From positions 1-64,000 of the forward strand of contig WELA01001079.1 of the NCBI GenBank assembly GCA_009602735.1: DNA of 64,000 nucleotides, given 5' to 3'. The notes beneath the pieces were generated by a model. The model searched no databases, had not been told where the DNA came from, and saw only the letters and a list, made by a program, of their open reading frames with translations. Below, piece after piece: positions 48,101-60,084 of this stretch. Source of the stretch: Mesotaenium endlicherianum. Its lineage: Eukaryota. The position numbers were made by a program, and so were the translations under genes. Position 1 is the first letter of the stretch. Every line of letters starts with the position of its first letter.

Positions 48101-50748
48101 CAGGCACCTGTGTTGGCAATTGCCAGTCCAGAGCTTCCTTTCACCATCATCACGGACGCATCAAACTTTGCAGTGGGAGCCATCCTTCTCGAGGACCAGG
48201 GCAAAGGATTGCAGCCTGTGGCATATGAGAGCTGAAAGTTGGGTCCTGCGGAGCAGAACTATGCAGCTCACGAGTGAGAGATGGTGGCTATCATCCAGGC
48301 TTTGAGGATTTGGCGATGTTATGTGGACGGCCGGAAGGTGTTTATCAAGACCGACCACAAGAGCTTGGAGAAGTTTATGACGCAACCAACGTTGACACCA
48401 AGACAGGCAAGGTGGATGGAGTTTCTGCAACGGTTTGACCACAAGATTGAGTACTTACCTGGGAAGATCAACCCTGCAGACGCTTTATCCAGGAGGTGTG
48501 ACCTTGCAGCTGTCTCAGTCATCAAGGAGAATATGGACTTCAAGGAGAAGCTTCAAAGAGGTTATGAGGAGGACCCAGAGTTTGCTGATGGTGGAGCAGC
48601 GGAGTTCAACGCGAGTATGCAGAAGAAGGACGGCATATGGTATTATGGTGATTCCAACAGAGTGGTGGTACCTGACATCAAGGAGCTACGAGACTTACTA
48701 CTTGCGGAGCATCATGACTGCTTATATGCTGGACACTTTGGAAGCGAAAAGACGGCAAGCGTGTTGAAGCGGGATTACTACTCGAGAAATATGGACAAGG
48801 ACATCGAGGAGTGGATTAGGAGTTGCGATGCGTGCCAGAGAAACAAAATACCAAATCAAAAGAAGGGAGGTACATTGCAGCCACTGCCTATTCCAAACTA
48901 TCCGTGAGAGCAGATTGCTATGGACTTCATCACGTCGTTACCAGTGAGTGGTCAAGGGCACGATGCAGTTTGGGTTGTGTCTGATCGGCTCAACAAGATG
49001 GCTCACTTTATTCCCATGAAGGAGACTTCTACGGCAGCAGATGTGGCACGGCTATTCTTTGATCATATTTTCAGGCTACATGGGTTGCCGAAGGTGATTG
49101 TTTCAGATCAGGATCCAAGGTTCACTAGCAACTTTTGGCGGTCATTGTTTACTTCGATGGGGACCAAGCTGAGTATGAGCACTTCCTATCACCCTCAGAC
49201 AGATGGGCAGAGTGAGAGGCTAAACAGAACTCTGCAAGAGGTGCTCAGGAGTTTCACTATCGAGGACCCTTCAGAGTGGGACAAGAAGCTGCCAGGATTG
49301 GAGTTTGCCTACAACAACAGCATGCAGGGATCCACCAAGCAGTCACCATTTGCTATGGTTTATGGGAGAGAAGTATATCATCCAGGGAACATCTTGTTGG
49401 TGAAGGCCAAGGAGATTCAGGTTCCTACTACACAAGTTCTTATGGAGCAGATGGCCAAGACTTGGGATATGGCGAAGACGTGTATTCGGAAGGCACAGGA
49501 AGAGCAGGTCAAGCATGCTAACAAGCACACGAGGGAAGTGACATTCCATATGGGTGACATCGTACTCTTGTCAACAGAAAATCTACCTTTCACAGGCAAG
49601 AGGAAACTGCGAGCACGGTTTACAGGTCCCTTTGTAGTGCTCAAGCAGGTGAATCCAGTGGCCTACAAGTTGGAATTTCTTTTAGGCTGGCGTATCCATG
49701 ATGTGTTCCATGTCAAATGTTTGCGGCCATACGTGGACCCGAACGAAGGACATCCAGGACGACTACCCACACCGCCCTCACAGGTCGAGATCGATGACGT
49801 ATCGGAGTATGAAGTGGAGGCGATTGTCGGCAATGGACGAGTCAAGCGAGGTCAACAACTTGTTCAAGAGTATCTGGTTAAGTGGAAGGGCTACCATGCG
49901 GACGACAACACTTGGGAGCCAGAGGCCAACTTGACTCATTGTAAGAGTAAGTTGAGACGTTATTTGCAGAATGCGTCGGGGACGTCGCATTTTGAGGAGG
50001 GGGATAATGTAAGGTCATAGGTTTATAAAGTGCATTTTTGAGTTTCATGAAAGTATGATTTGGTTGTATAATAGTATAGAGTGCAATTTTCAGGTCATTT
50101 TGATATAAAGTTCATCGAATTTGGTCAAGTATTGAGAGAGTTACAAATTTCTGAAGTTTGAATAGTTTTGAGGTCGGTGGACGACTGTCCTTCATTCGCG
50201 GTGACCGCGACCGTCGGATTGACCGACAGCGTCGAGCGATCTGGCCCGTTAGAATGAACTCGAACCTTCACGTAAGTTCGGCTGACGCGGAGTGCCGACT
50301 AGGTCGATTTACCTAGAAGTTTCGGTTTAGCCTAGCGCGTCTAAGATAGAATATTCTAGTAATGTCGATGCATGTATGTGGACGTCAATTCGGCCCGGCA
50401 CGTCAGATTAGACTGATCTAGCTTACTCACGAATATTTTGGAAGGGACGATTTGACGAACACTTAGGAGAATCCGTAGCTTCCTCCAAGAGAGGAGCATT
50501 TAGGCAGAAAATTATAATAGGTATAACTTCTTTGTTTCTTATCAGTTTTCACTTTTGTAAATTTCTACGGGTTTGTAATGACAAGGCCATTCATTCTAGT
50601 TCATTTGTGAGCAATTTCTTGCTACTCAAAATGTTGAATTTTTCCTAAGCTTTGTTAGTGATATGCTGCTGCACTCTCTAGTATGATTGCAACTACTTCT
50701 TTTCCTCGTGAGTTACTGCGCTTCCACTAGGGCACTCTGCCCCTTCCA
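45119..50748 (+). mobile_element. Ty3/Gypsy chromovirus (family 2) element D, both LTRs and TSD intact; gag internally deleted; premature stops in pol
   Basis: LTRs 45119-45861 and 50008-50748; TSD cgcgg at 45114-45118 and 50749-50753; PBS tggtatcggagc 45865-45876; PPT gaggagggggataa; [42 protein letters not shown], chromodomain EYLVKWKGY...TWEPE. Confidence 0.97.
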
Positions 50749-51469
50749 CGCGGGCCTAATCTTGCGACACTTAATTTTGGCGCTGGGGGTACCAATTTGG
50801 TACCGATCGATCTCACTCGCGACTCTTTTGACAAAGTTAAGTGCGTTGCAGCAGCTTGTCTTCTTTATTATTCTCCGTACACGCATGCACCACTTACAAG
50901 TTCTAACTAAAAGTTGTTAAGCACTTACAGGCGAACACCTCACAACAAAGAAATAGACTTGAGACGAAGTGTGGAGGCATTACGACTAAATGAAAGTGGC
51001 GGATTCACGAGAGTAGAGCATATCAAAGGTAAACTATGGCTCTTTTTGGTGCACTTCCGCCCCATTAACTTTCATAATTGTCAATTATTATGTTTGTTAT
51101 TTGCTTTGAAAGAATCACAAAAAAGTTTGGAACTGCTCCATCCCGTGAATTTGTGGACGACTCCGTACAGACATATTTAGAGATGACTTTGTGAGGAGGG
51201 GTACGAGCGGCTTGGGAAACGCAGGGAAGTGGAAGTGTCAACATAAGCAGCATAAGAAGGGAAGAAAAATCATTTTTACTTCACTTTTGCCTTGGGGGCA
51301 AGTGGGGGGCAGATTGGGGGCATATTTTAGGGTTAGGGGCAGATTTGATAATAGTCATTACTTGTTTACACAACAAGTTCTTATACTTACCTGAGCAGTA
51401 GTAGTCCAATATTAGTACTACATTACTCATTATTCACCTCTTAACTTCTTTTCTTTTGGAATGGGGCTA

Positions 51470-52696
51470 GGATTGTCAGAACCAGGCCGGAAAGATCGCC
51501 CTCTTCAACAAGGCATCATTCCCCAACTACAGCAGCAACTGTGGTGCAGCAAGAGGTGTGCGACTTTTCTACTGTCAAAAGTGCAACAAGTCTTTCATGC
51601 GGGCTGTAGAATTTGACCGTATGGGCTGGCTTGTTAACTATAGAAGACGTGTCTATAGGAGAATAGACTCTACTCCTGAAGCAAGTGTCCGCATTAGTAA
51701 TATGAATGTGCTTAAGAACTTGTTTGAGACTCTCTTTGCACATGTATGCAAAGAAGTTTCCCACTATATTACTAAAACCGAGTCCATGGTTGTCTCGTAG
51801 TATTCGAAGAGTGTGTTGGAGTGTAGAGGATTTGGATGCTCTTCTTTCCTTCAAATCTGTCCATTCTTATTTGGACTATGGGGCTGCCAAATTGCTTCCA
51901 AAATCAAGAGAGGTGGTAGCTATTATCCCCCCTTTTTTCATGGGATGGAGGATGATCAAGTCTGGAGAGAAAACTCTCACTTTAAAGTTTTCATCTTCAA
52001 TTTTAAACACGGGGGGGCATGTTGTGATGGCCCTTGACCAGTGGTATGATAGACTTGTTCAGAAGGCACATCATCACATTGACACTAGCACTCATATACA
52101 ATATAGACTTGTAGAGCACTCTCTTAGGACGCAAGCACATGGGCTTGAAGTCAAGGATGCCATAATAGAAGCAGCATAACTTGCAAGAGCTAACCTGCTA
52201 CAAAAGGAACAAGAGAGGATTAAGAGAGAGAGAAAGAGAGAACTATAAGAGAGCTTGTGAGTTGCAAGAAGCTGCTGATTTAACAACTCGTGAGTTGAGA
52301 ATGCAAAGGTCACAAGATATGTGCACACCTGCTAAAAGAAAAGCAAATTCTGATGCTCCTTTTGCACCTCAACCTCCTACCACCTCTAAGCTAGCTAAGC
52401 AAGCTGCTATACAAGTCACGAGAGAGGCAAGAGCTAAGGTTGCAAATGAAGTGAGGCAAGTTCTTCAACGCAGAGAAGAGGAAGACAGGTTGATTGCGCA
52501 ACAAGAGAAGGAGCATGCTCAAGCAATGCAAGCTTTGGTAAGAGAAGGCAAGCACTTGTCATCAAACGAGCTTATGAAGAGAGCTCGCGAGGTAGCTGAC
52601 AACAGGAGAAAGACTCCAGCTAGTCAGGTGAGCTGCATATATACATATTATACATTTAATTTACTACTTCCTTGCTACACTAAGCATATTTTCTAG
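51470..52696 (+). pseudogene. Second, convergent gene of DNA transposon copy 2 (zinc finger plus coiled coil)
   Basis: FYCQKCNKSF; HGGACCDGP; homologous to 38130-39183. Confidence 0.55.
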
Positions 52697-55065
52697 CTAC
52701 TCTACTTCTCCACCGGCTTCTTCTATGTCTGTTGGATCAGATGTTGTTACCACTGGTGCCAGCTGTCGTCGCTTGAACACCACCTTCTTCCTCTTTTGTC
52801 TTTCTTTTGTACTCAATGGTAGCTCTATGATGGTAGATAGTGCTCTCTTCCCACTCTCTTGATGTGTTGTCTGGCCTATCCTCCCTTTGCTATACACTCA
52901 TCTTGTAGCATCCACCATCACCTTCCTTTTGTAAGTCTTGGTCCATTTCCTCCATTGATGCAATGCCTCTATACCTTCTCCACTAAATTGATCTAGGTCC
53001 CCATGTCTCCTGATCATATTCCCTACGTAGCACTTCAATATGTGCATGTACTCAGTAATGTGGTCTGCTGCGCAAGCTACTACAAACTTGTCCTCAAAAT
53101 CTTCAGCAAGGGCCTCCACAAGAGAAGCTTTAGCTTCTCTCTCGTCGCCCGTGTCTAGTGCCAATATTGGCTCCATAAGGGCAGCCAAGCACACTCCATA
53201 AGCACCTCATGCTTCTAACACGGCTTGTAGCTGTTCTGCATCATCAGGCTGGTTACAAAAGACACACTCNTCATCAGGCTGGTTACAGAAGACACACTCT
53301 GCCAGCTCTAGAAAGTACTCGAGGAGGCGATGGCTGTCCCCTCTAATGAAGCTTCGCATGGCTGTCCTATTTCTCTTCTCTCCTTTCTTCAAGACCTTCA
53401 CAGCCTCCTTAGGTGTTGATGCCTTCACCTTCTCTTTGAAGAGCTTGTAGAATTCATCCTATTTGGCTTGCCTCGGTGGTAAGAATGCATGCAAAGTTTT
53501 CTCATAAAGTGTAGTTGAGATTCTCAAATTCAAGTGCAGTACGCACACAACACAGTGATGAGGAGGTATCTTAAACAATGGTGGCTTCTTGTGTCTCTGT
53601 CCTTGGTGCTGGAGCAGGTAATGCAATCTTGCCTTAGTCCTTCTCTGGCTTGCCTCGTGTCGTCTTCATGATGTCCTTGTCCAGGTCTGACATACTCTCA
53701 GAATGTTTTGAGCAGTGTGGACACGTCATCGGCAACTTGCCCAAGTCAGGAGCATGAGCTGCAGCCTCCATCCCCTCCAAGGTGCAAAGGGCACCGCGAT
53801 GACACCTGTCGTGGATGTCCTTTGACTTGCAAAGGCACCATAAGCACGGATATGTTCAGGTTGCTTCAGTCAACCCAAACAAGCTGTTACTTAACCGTGA
53901 CCCTGATAGAACTTGATTCTGAATAGGTCCTCCTCTACATGCAGGCTTGCTGTGATGACAATACCTATTTCCTCCAGCAGCCTTGAAGACACTCCCCGTA
54001 TGCTATTGTAGTCATCCTGATCTTCAAAGCATACGAGGGTGCAGGTATTAGCTGCTGAGTTTGTCATGCCCAAGCTATCCTTTGTTAAAATTTTGACAGC
54101 AATTGTAGTCTGAATAACTCCCCTGTGTAGTGCTGCTACGCCTCTCATAATTTGCACCCTTACTACTCTGCCTGGTTGGAGTTGCAATTGTACTATCCGT
54201 TGTCTTATAGTTTCTTGCAATGACAAGGTCACTGCCAGCCCATCTGCACTCTCTTGAGTTCCCACTTAAGCGTAGATCTTGGCTGCCAGGTTCTCTACTT
54301 TCCTCTTAGACGGCAGCTTGGGGAGGGCAGTCTTCGTGTTCTTGATTTACTTGGGCTCCCATAGTCTTGTTGCTTGCAAGTATGTCTCTGACATGATGCT
54401 GACAAGCATTTGGTATTGCTCTTGAGAAAGCTTCAACTTGTACTTGATACTCAGCCCTAACCTGTCATCCCTCCGCTCCTGTATTTGCTTCACTGTGGCG
54501 TCCTCTATGATTGGCTTCGAGTGCAATTCTGTTGTAATAGCTTCCAGCATGTCTTTGTTCTTTGGCTTGTTCAACAAGGCTGTTGATGACTTGCTCATGT
54601 TTGTCTCACATCCAAACTTGGTCCCCATAAATAGCTTCAGGTTCTTGCTCATTTTTTGCCATGTTTTTGCAAATTCTCCACTTACTCTACGACAATTTGC
54701 TGGAGGAGTTTGAGAGGCTGCCATTGACACCTTCGCGTACCTTATCTCTGTCCTGGCTTTTCTGAAGTCTTTCTTCATGCCCATGAATCACCGAGCAACC
54801 TGTACCTCCCCATCGGCTGTTTTCCTCTTCAGACTTTTCTGTTCTTCTGCATATTTTAGCATTTCACACTTGTATCTCTCTACTTTACTCTCTAGCCTTT
54901 TTGAAGTACCTACTGGTGCTTTCTCAACACCTGTTTTCTTCCTCTTTTAAAAAAATCTGCCACTTGATCTTCTATGCATGTTTGTGTTAGTCTGCACTCT
55001 TGGTAATGTCACTCTATTGGGTTGATCATGATTTTTTTTGGCTCTTTGGATGGGTGCGGGTTCAT
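52697..55065 (-). pseudogene. RAG1/Transib/Chapaev-like DDE transposase, copy 2
   Basis: RVVRVQIMRGVAAL; NTCTLVCFEDQDDY; FRIKFYQG; CVVCVLHLNLR; ITEYMHILKCY...DLDQFSGEGIEALHQ. Confidence 0.8.
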
Positions 55066-57051
55066 CTTGAGACACAAAGATGATGAAAGAGACCTTCTGT
55101 ATGAATGTGTACAGAGTTATAGGCGGATTAGTAGGTAGGTAGGTGGTAAAATGTTGGTTCAGCAGATTTTTGGCATTTTTTTTTGATTTTTTGATTTTTA
55201 AAATTATTTTGCATTTTTGAAAAAAACATTACTTGAGCATGTAGAGTTCACTTGTGCCTACACACCAAAAATGTGGCATAGATTGAAGTGCACATGTAGC
55301 AGGACTTATGAGGGTGAGAAATCTAAAATGGCAAATTTTTTACGTGTACTTTTCGGTAAGCTTTAGAAAACTCTTAAAGTTTGAAAACACCTTCGAATTT
55401 CAAACATGAAATTGTTATGCAATCCTCTTATGTAAAATAAAGTCATGCAAAGTTATAGCATGAAAGAATGCCAGGTTGTTAACATATCCCACTCAACACA
55501 TGCATTAAAAAAAGTCACCTTTCAAGAAGTACACGACTTATTGCCAACTTTTGCATATATAGCTCATGGGCCCTATCTTGCGTTGTGGTGCCTAGAATGG
55601 GCTGTAAGTTGACCAGTAGCACTGTGAGGGGGTGCAAAATCTAGTAGGATCAATTTCAGATCCGTACTCAAAAAGTTTCTGCATTGTATGGATTGGCAAG
55701 CTTCACATATGCGAGAAACTCCCCATGTCACATTTTGGAGGCTCAGAGCCTGCTGTGGTTTAATGCAAACTGAATTTTTGTTCCTTTTATGGCTACCCAG
55801 TTGGGTCTCTAATGCCTCTTCAAACTTTGGGGGGAATCAAGAAAGTAGAGTGCAAATTATGGCCATCGGTACGAAGTGATAAAAAGTGCAACATGTAACA
55901 TTTTTCCAATTATCGCTTACTTTTTATCGCTTGCAGATTTAGTTTGTGTGCACATCTTGGGTCTCAATGAATGGAGTAACCCAAAACTTCATCAATAGCT
56001 CTATGAGGGCATGAAAAATCCGATGAAACAATTTTCAGATACGTAATACAAATATACTGCATTTTACGGACTGCCTCTCTTTACAAGTGTGAAAAGCGCC
56101 ACATGGCACACTTTGGAGGCACATTACTTGAAGGGATTATTAGATTCTTTTGTTTTTTCTTTTAAAGTTATGGCTACCTTAGAGGGTTCTTAGTAGCCTT
56201 TCAAAAAATGGAGTCAATTAGCAAACTTTTGGACAACTGATGGTCATTTGTATGAAGCAGCATGAATGAGACAAAGTGAGAATTCCACTTTTGTCGACAA
56301 ATTCTTCACTTTCACTGAAAGTGCAATGAGTTTGGAGAATATGTCAATTATGATTGAAACTTCAGGGAGGTCTATACATATGGCTTGTTTATCAGATTCT
56401 CAAATTTCAAAACATTCCAACAAAATCGCCACAAATGGCGCCTAAAAGTACCTAAGTGTCCAAAAAATGGGCATTTGGGCTGCATGTGTTAGAAGGTGCA
56501 GAGGACATGAACCAGACTAGTAGAGTATCTGTTCATACTTGAATGGACAGATAAGTACTTAAAAGCAATAGAACAAAAACAAACTAATGTATTTTAACTT
56601 ATATCACTATAGCCCTCCCCAGACAGAATAAGCGGTGTCTCGATGCGTTCAGTCAGGTCTTACACATGTGGAGAAGACTTGTCAAAGGCGCCAAGTCAAG
56701 TGCGACACATGCAAGAGAGAACAGGCAAGGTCGTGGGTGGTGTGACCTTATTGGCTAGCCTAGTCGTTGATCATTATGGGAAATAGTGCAAATTGGCTGT
56801 AAATTTGCCCCGCATTCAAAAAACCATAGTATCTTGAAAAGTGCTTGAAATCTCAATAATCTAGTACCAGACGTACCTCGTAAAAGACATCTACCAGATC
56901 ACCAAATTTGAGAGGTTTCTAACATCTGGAATAAAGTAGAGTTCAAAAAGAGTAGGCACTTCTCCAAATCAGTGCAGACAATTTTGAAAATCAAAATCCC
57001 TATACTTCTTTGAATTGTGCAAAGTTAGTAGTTACTTGAGAGCAGTAACGT

Positions 57052-60000
57052 TGAAAGAGACAGAGTGCCCTAGTGGAAGCGTAGTGACTCACGAGGAACC
57101 AAATTAGTTTCAGTTTTATCTAGAGTGCAGCGACATAACATTAAGAAAGCTTTGGAAAATACTGGACGTTTTGAAGAGCAAGAAAGTGCTCACAAATGAA
57201 TTGAGATGAAAGGCCTCATCATGACAAACCCATAGATGTTTACAAAATTAAAAATTGATAAGAAACGAAGAAGTTATGCTCATTTATAGTTTCTATGACG
57301 GCCGCTCTCTCCTAGGAAAGAGGGCAAGAATTAAGTGTTTGTCAAATTGCCCCTTCCAAAATATTCGTGAGAAGGCCAGATCAGCCTCATCCAACATTTC
57401 AAGCCTACTTGACGTCCACGTGCATGCATCGAAATGTTTGCAATATACTAACTTGGGCGCGCTAAGCTAATTCAATACTCCTAGGTAAATTGACCTAATT
57501 GGCACTCCTCGTTAGTTGAAATTACGTGAAGGTTCCAATTCACTCTAACTGCTCAGATTGGTCGACGCTGTTGGTCACTTCGTCGGTCGTGCTTATCGCA
57601 AATTAAGAACAGACGTTGACCAACCTTGAAAATTATTACTTTGGAAATTTATAACTAATTTATAACCACATTCAACAAAAGGTACATCAAATTGACCACA
57701 AACATGCAGTCTACAATCCTATTACCTTATATCATCCCCCTCCTAATGACGCAATGTCCTTGACGCGTTTTGCAATGAGCGCCTTAACTTACTTCTGTAA
57801 TGAGTCAAGTTGGCCTCTGGCTATCAAGTGTTGTCGTCCGCATGGTAGCCTTTCCACTTGAGCAGATATTTTTGAACAAATCGTTGACCTCGCTTGACTC
57901 GTCGATCGTCAACAGTCGCCTCCACTTCAGACTCCAATACACCATCAATCTCGATCGGTGGTGGCTGTGTAGGTTGTCGTTTTGAATGTCCTTCATTTGG
58001 GTCAATGTATGGATTTAAGTAAGTGACATAGAACACATCACGTATACTCCAATCTGAAGGAAGTTCCAACTTGTAGGCGAGTGGCTTTACCTGCTTGAGC
58101 ACCGAAAATGGACCTGTTAATCTTACTCGAAGTTTCCTCTTGCATATGGAACGTGGAGTCTTTGGTGACAAGAGCACTTTGTTGCCCACATGGAATATCA
58201 CTTCTCTCCGGTGCTTGCTAGCATTGTTGACCTGCTCTTCCGGTACACGTCTTCGCCATGTCCCAAGTCTTGGTCATCTGCTCCATAAACGCTTGTGTAG
58301 TAGGAACCTGAGTCTCCTTGGCCTTCTCCAACAACATGTCCCCTAGATGATATACTTCTCTCCCATAAACCATTGTTAATGGTCACTGCTTTGTAGATTC
58401 CTGCATGCTGTTGTTGTGGGCAAACCCCAAACCCGGCAGCTTCTAGTCCCACTCTGAAAGGTCTTCCAAAGTGAAACTCTTAAGCTCCTCTTGCACAATT
58501 CTGTTAAGCCTCTCACTCTACCTGTCTGTCTGAGGATGATAGAAAGTGCTCATGCTCAGCTTGGCCTTCATTGCAGTAAACTATGATGGCCAAAAGTTGC
58601 TGATAAAACTCGGATCCCAATATGAAATAATCACCTTTAGCAACCCATGTAGTCTGAAAATATGACTGAAAAAGTGCGTGCCACATCCGCTGTTGAAAAG
58701 TCTCCTTCATGGGAATGAAGTGAGCCATCTTGGTGATCTTTTGCAACACAATCCATACTGCATCGTGCGCGTGCCTACTCACTGGTACCAAAAGTTTGAT
58801 GCGTTCGTGTTGATGGTGAAAGGAATTTCTGGACTGGCAACTGTTAACACAGGTGTCTGTATCACCAACTTCAAAATCTCCTTAAAGGCTTGCTGCTCCT
58901 TGTCACCCCATAGCCACTTCTCCTCCTCCTTCAATATGTCCATGAGCGGTGCGCACACCTTGGAAAATCCTTTAATAAAGCATTGATAATAATTTGCCAT
59001 GCCCAAGAAGCTCCTGAGTCGATGAATATCAGCAGGTTCCGGCCAATCTTTGACTGCTTGCACCTTCTTCCGCTCCACCTTGACTCCTTCAGCTCCCATC
59101 CTTGAGACACAAGTCGCATTTGCTCATCTTCGCATAAAGCTTTTGATCTCTCAAGACCTCCAACACTTTCCTTAGAAGCTCCACATGCTCCTCTAAGACC
59201 TTTGAATAGATCAAGACGTCATCGAGAAATACCACCACAAATTGGTCCAAGTAGGATCTGAAGATACTATTCATAAATCCCATGAATGTAGGGGGTGCAT
59301 TAGTCAACCCAAAAGGCATGACTGTGAACTCAAACAAGTCATAGCGAGTCTTGAAAGCTGTCTTCTAAACGTCTCCTTCTGCCATCCGTACCTGGTGATA
59401 GCCACTACTCAAATCAATTTTTCAGAAATACTTCTCTCCGACAAGCCTGTCAATCAACTTGTCCACTCATGGAAGTGGGTACCTGTTCTTGATGGTGATT
59501 TTGTTCAGTGCCCAATAGTCAACACACATCCTCATAGTCCCATCCTTCTTCTTCATAAATTTGACTGGCGCTGCAAACAACGACTTGTTAGATCGGAGGA
59601 ATCCCTTCTCTAAAATCTCTGTCAGTTGCTTCTTCCAAGGTTACGCCATACGCGTATCAGCCCAAAAAATTAGGCGTATTCAGCGTATAAATAGCGTATA
59701 GCGTGTTAAGCGTATTTGGATAAAAGTGAAGTGTAAAAATGAACTTTTTTTGTTTGGAGGGGGGAGGTCAATAGATTGTATTCAAAGCATGGTGTACCGT
59801 CCTAATAAGTGTCATATGCCTTCAAGTTTCTCAAAAAAGTCGATTGGAGTAATTTTGTACACATGCCGTAAATAAGGCGTAAATTGTGATGCGTACTAAG
59901 CGTTTTAAGCAATTTTTGTTGTAACTAATTTAGCGAACTAGCGTATCTAGCGTATTAAGCGTATGAACGTATGGCGTAACCTTGGCTTCTTCAACTCCGC

Positions 60001-60060
60001 ACACAATTGACGGTAAGCGGGTCTCACTGGTGGCTTGCTTTTTGGTTCCAACTTGACCTT
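57052..60060 (-). mobile_element. Family-2 Gypsy element E remnant (3' LTR ~57052-57731, chromodomain/integrase, RT); RNase H-to-integrase segment deleted
   Basis: LTR homology; [24 protein letters not shown]...[15 protein letters not shown] joins VPVSRHAHD at ~58790. Confidence 0.85.
59636..59984. mobile_element. hAT-type MITE (349 bp), second copy, inserted in the RT of element E
   Basis: 17-bp TIR caaggttacgccatacg; perfect 8-bp TSD gcttcttc at 59628-59635 and 59985-59992. Confidence 0.92.
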
Positions 60061-60084
60061 GGGATTCAAAGCCCTTAGTGAAGG

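Larger units (their letters stand above)
45101..56488 (-). mobile_element. DNA transposon copy 2 (RAG1/Transib/Chapaev-like), with Gypsy D inserted 18 bp inside its left end
   Basis: tacatgca...tgcatgtg ends; short TSD (tt, or gtt if the right end is 56487); collinear with copy 1. Confidence 0.8.
44729..57050 (-). mobile_element. Family-1 Gypsy 3' end (LTR split into 44729-45100 and 56489-56611; PPT ~56612-56620; 3' UTR to ~57050), interrupted by DNA transposon copy 2
   Basis: Reverse complement of ~1400-2374; the two halves rejoin as aaaatgcgtt/agaagg, matching aaaatgccttggaagg in the reference LTR. Confidence 0.8.
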
